47,430 bases of DNA, taken from Octopus bimaculoides. Lineage: Eukaryota. The stretch is taken from NCBI RefSeq assembly GCF_001194135.2, contig NC_069003.1:29226647-29274076 (forward strand), given 5' to 3'. This document shows, piece by piece, positions 37,613 through 47,430 of the stretch. The notes beneath the pieces are model-generated. The model worked only from the letters and a program-made list of their open reading frames with translations. It was not told the origin of the DNA and ran no database searches. Positions within the stretch are counted from its first letter, which is position 1, and each line of letters opens with the position of its first letter. The position numbers and the translations under genes are program-made.

Positions 37613-38337
37613 AGGCACAGACGGGGTTGCGTGATAGGAAGTTTGATTCCCAACCACTTGGGTCCGGGTTCAGTTCTACTGCGTAGCACCTTGGGCAAGT
37701 GATTTCTACAATAGCCTCGGGCCGACCAAAACCTTGTGAGTCGATTTAGTAGACGGAAACTGAAAGAAGCCCGTCGTATATANNNNNNNNNNNNNNNNNN
37801 NNNNNNNNNNNNNNNNNNNNNNNNNNNNNNNNNNNNNNNNNNNNNNNNNNNNNNNNNNNNNNNNNNNNNNNNNNNNNNNNNNNNNNNNNNNNNNNNNNNN
37901 NNNNNNNNNNNNNNNNNNNNNNNNNNNNNNNNNNNNNNNNNNNNNNNNNNNNNNNNNNNNNNNNNNNNNNNNNNNNNNNNNNNNNNNNNNNNNNNNNNNN
38001 NNNNNNNNNNNNNNNNNNNNNNNNNNNNNNNNNNNNNNNNNNNNNNNNNNNNNNNNNNNNNNNNNNNNNNNNNNNNNNNNNNNNNNNNNNNNNNNNNNNN
38101 NNNNNNNNNNNNNNNNNNNNNNNNNNNNNNNNNNNNNTGTGTGTGTGTCTGTGTGTGTGTGTGTGTGTGTGTGTCTTTGTGTCTGTGTTTGTCGCTCACC
38201 TATGCTTGGCAACCGGCCGTAAGTTAGCGGTTCGGCAAAAGAGTTCGATAGAATAAGTATCAGGCTTGAAATAAAGAAAAACTAAAGGCTGTACCTCAGC
38301 ATGGTCGCAGTCAAATGACGGAAACAAGAAGATAAAA
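37613..38337 (+). mobile_element. SINE family B, full length; central microsatellite is an assembly gap
   Basis: Head 37613-37782 with B-box-like GGGTTCAGTTC, gap 37783-38137, tail to 38337. Confidence 0.9.
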
Positions 38338-39211
38338 TATTTTATTTCCAATTTATTTACAGCTCACAGAAATTTTATTTAATTAGGCGCCGTTATTTCC
38401 TTTTTCGCTTTTCCCGCTTGTTATTGTCCCTCCTTCAGTAATTTTGTGTTTAAAAAAAAAGTGGTAGTAACACTAATGGTCTTATTTATGATTAGTGTTA
38501 AAACAATTACGTAATTTTGCTGGGTAAGAAAATTGGATAGACAAAATAGTGACAGCGAATGGCAAAAGCCATAAATCCTTGGGCTAGAGAATAGGAAGAA
38601 CTGGTAGTGCGGTCGGAAAAAAGGTGATGTTTGATAGGAAAATGAGTAGAAATTTTTGGCTGTGGTTAAAATTTGGCAAAGCCTTAAAAAGAATGGTAAC
38701 AAGTGATGGCATTTAAAAAAGAAAAACGGGGCCGTTTCGGTGCAGAATTGGCAGTGTATCCGATAAAATTTCACATAGATAAAAACAACAACGAAGTTTT
38801 AATACCTTTGCGATCCTGTCAATGATCATCTCCTAGATAGCTCCCGGTCACATAAATTAGAAAAAGATAAATCAGGTTTAATCGATCTCAGCAGTCGTAT
38901 TGTCTGTATAATGTAAAGCCGGTATGAAGAACTGTAATTTCCACCTTGGCAAAATATCTTACTGCATAAAGTTAATTTATATCTATATATATATATTACA
39001 ATTTCGAAAGTAAGAAAGGTCAACTTTGTTCATATCTGATTGTCTTAATCGATTTTACTCCGTCGGAAAATATGAATCCCAATACGTATATCATAAATCA
39101 CCTTTTACTGTATTTTTTTCACTTTTTCTATACAATTTTTACTTACTGATGATGATTCATCTCTCGGTTGCTGGAATAAACGCAGAATTGCTTTGTTAGA
39201 CGTATACCCTT

Positions 39212-39272
39212 GGGGTACACGAAGCCACATATCGTGTAAACATAATTGGTGCTTTACCACTGGACTAAAGCA
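39212..39272 (-). pseudogene. tRNA-like / SINE-head remnant
   Basis: Minus strand TTAGTCCAGTGGTAAAGCAC (A-box/D-arm-like) and GGCTTCGTGTACC (poor B box); no intact cloverleaf. Confidence 0.25.
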
Positions 39273-39961
39273 ATACTACAATTTTTTTTGTTTTTATTCA
39301 TTTTAGAAACATTATACTTACCAGAGATTGTCGTGTGCTGTTAACGTCATAAAAATTATAAGATTCGAGAGAACATGAAATACGTCTCTTTTTTGTTTGG
39401 GAAGGAGAATGAAGAGTGGATGTCAAAGCAAAGATGCCATTGTTATAATTTCTTATACTATTCCTCAACAGTCTATCTTTTTTTTTTGTGGTGTATTATC
39501 ACTACTGTTGTTTGAAATAAAAGCCTCTTCATTTGCAGCGATACATTTGATTGGATGGCCGTGTTACTGTACTGAAACTGTTTTGTGGTGGATGTGTGTT
39601 ACGCCTAACATAGCTATGGGATTTTAATTTGTGCAAAACTGAATATCATGATATGGAGAATGATATCATATATAGAGGCAGTAAAGGACATGCCCACATG
39701 TATGAATGTGTGTCTATGTGTGTATGCTCTAAGCTCTTCCATTTACAGTAATGAGGCTGAAGAGGAGAGGATGACGATAATAACGACGACGATTACGCTG
39801 ATGATGATTATGTGGGTGATGATAATATGGTTGTCGTAATAATGATGGTAAAGAAAAAGCGCGAGAAAATGGAAGAAATCTGTCAATGAAATATTTCTAT
39901 TTCTAATTTGAACATCATATTTTTAAAAAGAATTTTATTATAAAAATTATAGATATTAAAG

Positions 39962-39998
39962 CTAATTATGTTTTTCTTTTTCTTTCTATTTTTTTAAG
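39962..39998 (+). promoter_or_regulatory. Candidate 3' splice site opening the receptor's coding exon
   Basis: Branch-point-like CTAAT (39962-39966), a ~25-nt pyrimidine tract (39971-39995), then TAAG; the exon would start at 39999, 371 nt before the ATG. Confidence 0.6.
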
Positions 39999-40369
39999 GT
40001 TGTTGAAATGTAACTGAAAGAACCTCTAATCCGCCCTGAAGAACGCAGAAACAGCTAAAATTCGGCGAATAGTCGAAATCGAGAATATATACGGATAAGA
40101 CATACATTCATATTGATTTCAAAGAATCGTCCACATGACACCATATATATCGAATAACAATATTCTACAACTGATATTTCAATGTTACCAAATAAAATGA
40201 CAACAACAAGGGAAATAAAAATGATTAATTGAATGAAAATCGATTATCCCGAAACGCCAATATAAGACATATATATAAAATACATCATCTTCACATTTAA
40301 AAAAATATATTTATTGAGCAAGTCTGTTTTGTTTATTTTTTCAAACACATATTCCTATAAGATATCAAC

Positions 40370-41602
40370 ATGGAATCGTTATTCAATGAGACTGTTCACG
40401 TCACGGAACAAAGCTTGTTCAGTGAGAATTTCAACGACACATATCCTGACATGGACAATTCTTTTTCAAACGGCACGGAACACAGTATTAGAAGAGTATT
40501 CATGGAAATTGTTAATATAACTGTAATGATCAGTAACTCTCTGATCTGCATCACAGGACTGTTTGGCAATTGTTTGGTAATATATGTTGTAACGATGTTC
40601 TCGAAAATGAAAACTGTCACCAATACCTATATCTTGAATCTTGCAATTGCTGACGTCCTCTTCTTAGTTAGTATTCCTTTACTTATTGTTACAATTAAGA
40701 ATGGATTTTGGATGTTTGGATTCTTTATGTGTAAATTCTATTATCTTTTAGTATCCATAAATTCTTTTACTGGGGTCTTTACGTTGACAGTTATGAGTGC
40801 TGATAGATACCTCGCTGTTTGTCATCCAATAAAATCCATGTCACTCAGAACACCAAAGGTAGCATTTATTATAACCGTATGTATATGGTTAATATCTATC
40901 CTGATAATGTTGCCTGCCCTAATGTATTCTACAACAGTACGTAATGCAAAAAACAGAGACAGCTGTACGATGGTGATGCCAGATCACTTGGGAATCTCGC
41001 CAGATAAAATATTCATTTGGTACAACTTCATATTTTCCTATGCTATTCCTGTACCACTTATATCTGTATTTTACATCTCAGTTGTCCATAAACTACGTAC
41101 TACAGGCCCAGTTAAAAAGTCTTCTGAGAAAAAAAAGTCACAGAAACGTGTCACCCGAATGGTGCTGACTGTTATTGGGGTGTACATTATTTGCTGGTTA
41201 CCCTATTGGGCTTTTCAGCTTGATATAGTAGTTTTTACACCACCAGTTACTGAAGGACGTATTTTAATGTTCCAAACGTTTAACATCCTTACATACGCTA
41301 ATAGTATGTTAAATCCCTTACTCTATAACTTCCTCAGTGATAATTTCCGTAAAAGTTTCACAAAAGCATTTAAATGTACTTCTCGTTTCGAGGTCAACCG
41401 TTCCCTCCGAGCAGAAAACAGTATTTATCCAAAAGGACGTGAAGCATACTCACAAACAACAGTTATCGAAAAACAAGAATTACAAACTATAAACCATTGC
41501 GCTACCGAAAACAAAGTCCAGGAAGATTTTGCCAATGGAGAAACCCAGACAGAGGACATTGACGTCGACGAACCAGAAGTAGTTGTTACGGAGTTGGAAT
41601 GA
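40370..41602 (+). CDS. AstC-R: Allatostatin-C receptor-like (somatostatin/opioid-related) class A GPCR, 410 aa, intronless CDS
   Basis: Seven hydrophobic segments with GN (N67), KMKTVTNTYILNLAIAD (D95), C121/C199 disulfide pair, MSADRYLAVCHP, W173, P227, CWLPYW, NSMLNPLLY and helix 8 FLSDNFRKSF plus C336. N-glycosylation sequons at N6, N22, N34, N49. ICL3 KLRTTGPVKKSSEKKKSQKRVTRMVLTVI resembles protostome AstC receptors. Start context CAACATGG has A at -3 and G at +4. Orthology is from motif recognition, not a tree. Confidence 0.93.
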   Translation: MESLFNETVHVTEQSLFSENFNDTYPDMDNSFSNGTEHSIRRVFMEIVNITVMISNSLICITGLFGNCLVIYVVTMFSKMKTVTNTYILNLAIADVLFLVSIPLLIVTIKNGFWMFGFFMCKFYYLLVSINSFTGVFTLTVMSADRYLAVCHPIKSMSLRTPKVAFIITVCIWLISILIMLPALMYSTTVRNAKNRDSCTMVMPDHLGISPDKIFIWYNFIFSYAIPVPLISVFYISVVHKLRTTGPVKKSSEKKKSQKRVTRMVLTVIGVYIICWLPYWAFQLDIVVFTPPVTEGRILMFQTFNILTYANSMLNPLLYNFLSDNFRKSFTKAFKCTSRFEVNRSLRAENSIYPKGREAYSQTTVIEKQELQTINHCATENKVQEDFANGETQTEDIDVDEPEVVVTELE

Positions 41603-41702
41603 CGATTGACGGAATATTAATGTGATGTTACATGTATATTGAAAGGAGAATATTTCTGAGACCATCTGGCGATCGCTTTACTTCACGTTGTAATATCACA
41701 GA

Positions 41703-41708
41703 AATAAA
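41703..41708 (+). terminator. Candidate polyadenylation signal AATAAA (a second one at 42165-42170)
   Basis: First canonical hexamer about 100 nt after the stop codon. AT-rich context makes chance occurrence likely. Confidence 0.3.
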
Positions 41709-44171
41709 TGCGTTTTCTCCAAGAATTAATAGTATATCAGTAAGGGATGTAAAGGAACCCATATTATATCCTATATATATTGTATTATTTAAGCGATGAA
41801 TAATAACTTCAAACATGAAGAGTACAGTCCTAACTTATTAAATAATACAGAAGCAGCGAAATGGACACGCATATTGAATATTGCATATATTCTACAAATA
41901 CTAATACACACAGACACACACATATACACGCATACGTACAAACATACATACGTAGAACGATGAATATCCAACTAGATATGTGAATATATTATATATGCGT
42001 GTATACTTATATTTATATATGTATCAGTGTATTAAGTATATTTGCATATTTCTGTATATTAATAATTATTATTAGATAATTATAATAAACTATATGTACG
42101 AAGATTGCTGTCTATTTTATTACAATTACTTCAATATATGAATATTTCCGTGATATATGTATTCAATAAATGCGAGATCACACACATGCACATACGTACA
42201 CACACAAACTTCCACAGATATACATATCAAAGAAGATATATGTGCATATGCAGACACATAAACACACAAACGATTGATATATGAGTACGTACCTGTGTGT
42301 TGTGCGTGTGTATGTTGTGTGCATGCATGCATGTATGAGTGCATGAACATGTGCTTGCGTACAGGATTTTACAAGACAATAGATTATGGCAATCGCCCCT
42401 ATATTGTGATGGCATCACTTTGATATACATATAGACTCATTTGAACATTATACATCTCTGTCTATACGTCATCCAATGTTGTGAAATTGTAATATATTTT
42501 TGTCATTTATTTCTGTCCATATATCCCTAACCCGTTTCTTTCTTTCTCATATAAATAAGTATATATGTATATATGTAAGCATGGATGTATGTATATATAT
42601 NNNNNNNNNNNNNNNNNNNNNNNNNNNNNNNNNNNNNNNNNNNNNNNNNNNNNNNNNNNNNNNNNNNNNNNNNNNNNNNNNNNNNNNNNNNNNNNNNNNN
42701 NNNNNNNNNNNNNNNNNNNNNNNNNNNNNNNNNNNNNNNNNNNNNNNNNNNNNNNNNNNNNNNNNNNNNNNNNNNNNNNNNNNNNNNNNNNNNNNNNNNN
42801 NNNNNNNNNNNNNNNNNNNNNNNNNNNNNNNNNNNNNNNNNNNNNNNNNNNNNNNNNNNNNNNNNNNNNNNNNNNNNNNNNNNNNNNNNNNNNNNNNNNN
42901 NNNNNNNNNNNNNNNNNNNNNNNNNNNNNNNNNNNNNNNNNNNNNNNNNNNNNNNNNNNNNNNNNNNNNNNNNNNNNNNNNNNNNNNNNNNNNNNNNNNN
43001 NNNNNNNNNNNNNNNNNNNNNNNNNNNNNNNNNNNNNNNNNNNNNNNNNNNNNNNNNNNNNNNNNNNNNNNNNNNNNNNNNNNNNNNNNNNNNNNNNNNN
43101 NNNNNNNNNNNATATATATATATATATATATATATACATTTATATATATATTGATATATTTATATTATGTATATACATACTCACACACACATATAGATAT
43201 ATATAAATCAATATATATAAATGCATATATATGCATATATGTACATATATATGTGTATATATATAACTTCATATACACATGGATATGCATATATATGTAT
43301 ATATATATGCACACGACATTTTACCAGACTTCATGTTAATCATATTTGAATGTTACTTTTTATTTGTAAGAGTAATGAAGATGTAAGTTAAAATTTTAGA
43401 ACTATTAATTAATTGATCAGTTTTCAAGTTTAAATGTGATTTCTTTTCTTTTTAAACATCAGTGTTGTTCCAAATACATTCTCGCATTATAGAAAACCTT
43501 TTTATTATTTATCTTCGTGATATATGTCAATGATAAATATTTTGAATATAGTGTAATGGTAGTATCCCTTATTTCTCAAAACTTGCTATATATCTCTAGC
43601 AACAACATAGACTGTGTGGAAATGTATAAAACGAGATTCTAACTCCTCTCATTTTAACCTCTCAATGAAGAGCAATCTTCTTTAGCACCGCAAACAAACC
43701 AACTTCAAACTGCAGGTTTAAATGTTATATTTTTATTAATAACTTCAAACTCTATTACCTCTCATTTAAGACCCGACCAAATACCACTTACTTTTTAAGC
43801 CACCCATAAAATTCATCTAACTACCAATAAATCTGTTATGAACACTATTTAACGCAATCCGCAAAGCCCAAAGACATTGCACATATTCACTAATTACAAT
43901 ACCCATGTAATAACCCGACAAAACATCAGCCAAATTTAATCCCATATATATTCATTTGTAAGTCTGTGCACTTCTCCATACCTACAAATCACTTCCTCTA
44001 CAGCCTCCATTGTCCGTACCAGTTGAACGAGTCTGTGTACCCGGCGTATGCGCTAATACATCTGTCAGCGTCTTTGTTGGTTTGTCCATACACGTGTACC
44101 CGTGTATCTTTGTCTTTATGTCCATGTTTTTACTTACCTCTGACCCTGTGTCCATGTATGTAGATACATAA

Positions 44172-44202
<31 letters not shown>

Positions 44203-44777
44203 CATACATTCATACATACATCTATATATGTATAAAATACATAAATTACAGAGAAATAGTTTTATGTAACTATCATTAAATTCTAAAATCAGGACAAATT
44301 GTCTCGTAACTTAAAAACGTAAGCAATTTATATTATATTCAAAATAAAATAAATTACGAACATGTCTGCATGAAGATCGTTTTCCATTTTATCAAACTAT
44401 ATAATCTTTATGTTTGGTAGAGCATTTTACGAGTACTACCGTATTCCTTGAATCCATATATTGTATCTTACACATATATATGTGTGTTTAGTTTATTGTT
44501 CTCTGATGGTAAGATCAGTAAACGAAGACATAAATTTTATTTAATAAACTCAATGTTTTCATGTGCTATGTTTAGTTTCATGTGTTGAAAAACGGCCAAA
44601 GATTATTTTATAACACGTATGGGGTCCTAGCACAATCGTCGAACACTACCCACATGGCATAACGAACAACAAATAGGACAAGAGTAAATGCCAGAAAAGG
44701 CGAGAAGGAAATATATATAACAAGTGCAAGGGTGAAAAACAAGAAAATGAGAAAGATTTAGAGTTTTCCCGTCAGAC

Positions 44778-44908
44778 CTGAAAAGATAGTAGCTTAGAGC
44801 CTATGGTACAGTTATTCAATCGGGTGAGAGAGGCACTTTTCAATTTGTCAATAAGACTTAACCATATGCCTGCAACCGCTGAATATTTCGGATCTAGAAT
44901 TCAGTAGT
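44778..44908 (-). repeat. Left arm of a ~130-bp inverted repeat flanking the Penelope remnant
   Basis: Its reverse complement aligns to 45850-45982 with about 24 differences by hand count (~82%), including a perfect CCTCTCTCACCCGATTGAATAA block. Confidence 0.9.
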
Positions 44909-45140
44909 AACGTCTTCGACTTTGTAGGTCTGTTTCTATTAAACACATTGAGATCCAAAGTATCCATCTCACGACGTTCGTCCAAACCGTGACAATGGTT
45001 TCAGTAATTCTCATAGGTGAGATTGTCACACTCTTGATAACTTTAGGAAACAGCTTCAGTCTTTCAGTCAATTAAGCATTATTATAAGCCTAACGGAAAC
45101 GTTTCCTGCATACGTAAGCAGGTGCCGTCTTGTAGTATTT

Positions 45141-45789
45141 AAACACATTGTAGCTATCATTAGTAACAGAGTTTCTGACTTCCCTTTCACTGAAGATATT
45201 TTCTAGAAGGCAGTCCCCTACTACAACAATGCCCTAGTCAATATATAACCCCTCTAATATTAATCGGAATTATAATAATAGACTTAAAACTAGATCTAGG
45301 AAAATAATTTTGTTCACCCTCCATTTTCCCTTAACGTAAAAACTAACATTGGTAAAAGATTCATGTTTCTCCTAGTCTAACCTTTTCCAGAAAATTAAAG
45401 GTACAGAAAATATTTAACAGCCTGCACCAATATGAAGATTAGCATTACACGACACAGACACCAAGAGCCGACTCCCAGTTTTAACTGTAAAGACCTAGGA
45501 GCCTGTCCACTCAACCAGCGATGTATGTTTAAATCTTTCATATATAAGGCAGCAGTTACCACAACGATAGCTAATAACACAACCGATAAAAAAGAGCTAT
45601 ATCGGATTTTGTGAAGAATTAAAAAACAATAACTATGCCAATCACACATCGTCTTTCCGACAAAGGGATAAAAGTAAAACTAGTAAGTTGCCTAGCCACG
45701 TATGGGGATTGAAACTGAACGCCACACCACATACTGGAAAGTGGAAAATAGTCGAAAAGTCCACACCATATACTAACGGATCTAAAGAA
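45141..45789 (+). mobile_element. Penelope-like retroelement remnant: RT thumb/linker plus GIY-YIG endonuclease, with stops and frameshifts
   Basis: Manual translation gives IISNRVSDFPFTEDIF*KAVPYYNNAL, RKII.F..PPFSLNVKTNIGKRF, FNCKDLGACPLNQRCMFKSFIYKAAVTT, KSYIGFCEE...YANHTSSFR...LPSHVWGLK and KWKIVEKSTPYTNGSK. These follow the order of the conserved C-terminal blocks of Penelope ORFs. Confidence 0.9.
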
Positions 45790-45849
45790 ATAAAAACTAC
45801 CCGTAGTTGAAAGAACTCAGATCCTTTTCAGCTCTAAGAACTCTAACTC

Positions 45850-45982
45850 ACCGCTGAACTCTAGATCTTAAATTTTCAGCTGTTGTAAGCATATGGCAAA
45901 GTTCCTGTTGACGAACTGGAAAGTACCTCTCTCACCCGATTGAATAAAATGTACCATAGACTCTAATCCACTATATTTTCAG
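45850..45982 (+). repeat. Right arm of the ~130-bp inverted repeat
   Basis: Partner of 44778-44908. Confidence 0.9.
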
Positions 45983-46675
45983 CCTTATAATTTACGTTCT
46001 AAGGATAATAGCTCTTAATCTAATTTCCTCTGTTGTCTCTTTCTCATATGATTTTCGTTGTTCCACCTTTTATATATTTATATATATATATATATATATA
46101 CATACTTCTCGCTTTTTCTCTCGTTCCGTTTTTGTGTTCGTTATGCCATGTGGGCAATGTCCGATGATTGTGTTAAGACCCCCAGACGTGTTATAACACA
46201 CTATTCATAAATAAATACACATATGTGTGTTAGAGTCTGTGAATATGTTTGTAAATGTCTCTGTATGCGTTTCTCTATGTACCGCCCTGTCATTCTTGTT
46301 TTCTCATTGCAATTAACCAGACCTATCTTCTAAATCGAACACCATTGTATTTCAAATATTCAGTACCAAACAGCCCATTCTACTTTCCTCAACTTATTTT
46401 CATTAAAAAAAGACTATCAAATGTGTAGTGTTGGAAACAAAACAATTTTCCCAATATAAGCCACAGTTATTAACATCCCACAAACGAATTATCTAAGTAT
46501 TTCTGAATTTATTTTCTCATCCTTCCTTATTACTAATCTCGAAGCACATTTACTCTTCCAACCCATCAACGTGCATCTACATACAACCACATGAAGACAA
46601 ACCACATGAGTTATTACAGCACATACAGATAGCATACACAATTTCTTATAAGTAACACACCCATTTGTTAAATTT

Positions 46676-46725
46676 TCCCAGTCTGAAGATTCCTGCCCGG
46701 GATGAAACTACTAGTCACACTGAGA
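46676..46725 (+). ncRNA. Degenerate minimal type I hammerhead ribozyme-like motif
   Basis: Stem I 5' strand TCCCAGT; CTGAAGA (46683-46689); stem II TCCT/GGGA; GAAA (46704-46707); stem III ACT/AGT; GTC (46714-46716); stem I 3' strand (AC)ACTGAGA. Imperfections: U.U at the base of stem II and a 2-nt bulge in stem I. Confidence 0.5.
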
Positions 46726-46904
46726 TTTGAACCTTCCATTACCCACAATAAAGTTTCTCTACAATTGTACCGAGTTTTCTTTTTTATTATAAGAAGCATT
46801 GACAAGTACCCTCAGCCTACGCTTCTTATATACGCATGTAAAATGTTGAGTCTGCGTGAACAGAGGTTTTCTGCCTGTGTTCGAGTATATGAGTATATAA
46901 GCCT

Positions 46905-47055
46905 ATTCTTCTGTGTACGCATACACACACACAAATACACACATGTGGGAGGCTGACCTGTGTGTGTATCTGTGTTTCCGTGTGCGTGTGCACACGCTTG
47001 TGTTTAGCAGGTGATGCGTGCTTGTTCAGGTGGTGTGTGCACACGTGTATGCGTA

Positions 47056-47093
<38 letters not shown>

Positions 47094-47430
47094 TGTGTGT
47101 GTCTGTGTGTGTGTGTGTTATTTGTGTTTTGGTGTTTTGTGCATTTTGGAGTGAAAACTGTGTGATGTTGAGTAATGCCTAGAGGTGTGAGATGAGATGG
47201 GCGTGGGGCCAGATAGGGGTTTGTTAGGTGGGGTGCTAGTGTGCGTGAAATGGGAAGGTGAGTGTGAATGCGTGTGCATATGAGTGTGTGCGGGTGTGAG
47301 AGTATGCACGCCACGATAGTGTGTGGCATGTGTACTGAGTTGAACAGCTTGTAGTTGTGCTCGTATAGTGGTGTGTATGGTCACGCTGTTGAAGAGTGTG
47401 TGTGGGTACTGAGCAGCGTTTGGTGCTAAT
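46905..47430. repeat. (TG)-rich low-complexity region
   Basis: Direct reading. Confidence 0.85.

Noticed and set aside
38530-38640. Weak mariner-like peptides (DKIVTA, KKVMF)
   Set aside because: Too short and not supported by further motifs or TIRs.
39770-39850. Asp-rich GAT/GAC triplets upstream of the acceptor
   Set aside because: Short degenerate trinucleotide repeat with no splice or start context.
40036-40056. CTGAAGA-ACGCA-GAAAC in the receptor leader
   Set aside because: No stem II and no following NUH with stem III.
40370-41602. Calling the GPCR an opioid receptor or a specific SSTR subtype
   Set aside because: No Asp3.32, and ICL3/TM7 match the protostome AstC-receptor pattern; vertebrate subtype names do not apply.
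3110-42047. About eight octamer motifs (ATTTGCAT/ATGCAAAT) scattered over the window
   Set aside because: Only modestly above a rough base-composition expectation, and TGCA is inflated by CpG decay.
42500-43339. Long ORFs crossing N-runs (also 37582-38227, 27706-28135, 7784-7996)
   Set aside because: Open only because gaps translate as X.
44960-45005. Minus-strand CTGA-hairpin-CGAAC near the Penelope remnant
   Set aside because: Both conserved core boxes are incomplete; it cannot be distinguished from chance.

Overview
AT-rich, repeat-dense animal genomic DNA with eight N-gaps (1594-1603, 7797-7949, 15447-15564, 16311-16378, 20269-20278, 27868-28054, 37783-38137, 42601-43110), each next to simple repeats. 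The SINE families look like those of octopod cephalopods (Octopus-like); this is recognition from memory, not a database search. There is one convincing protein-coding gene: an uninterrupted 410-aa class A GPCR ORF at 40370-41602 (+) with the hallmarks of an allatostatin-C / somatostatin-type receptor. Candidate non-coding 5' exon(s) lie about 8 kb upstream, with a tandemly duplicated splice donor at 32309 and 32947 and a strong acceptor at 39998. The rest is a transposon graveyard: about 25 copies or fragments of tRNA-derived SINEs, decayed R4/Dong, RTE and Penelope retroelements, maT-type Tc1/mariner transposase fragments, and Tigger, mariner and hAT MITEs. The most unusual structures are (1) a 198-bp fold-back element with 54-bp inverted arms enclosing three short hairpins in the putative receptor intron, (2) a degenerate minimal hammerhead-ribozyme motif at 46676-46725, (3) ~130-bp inverted repeats bracketing a Penelope endonuclease remnant, and (4) an exact 26-bp-phased TTCGACTCA array. 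Almost all other ORFs in the supplied track are microsatellite, SINE or gap artefacts. I cannot demonstrate a new biological system from sequence alone; the candidates are listed with tests.
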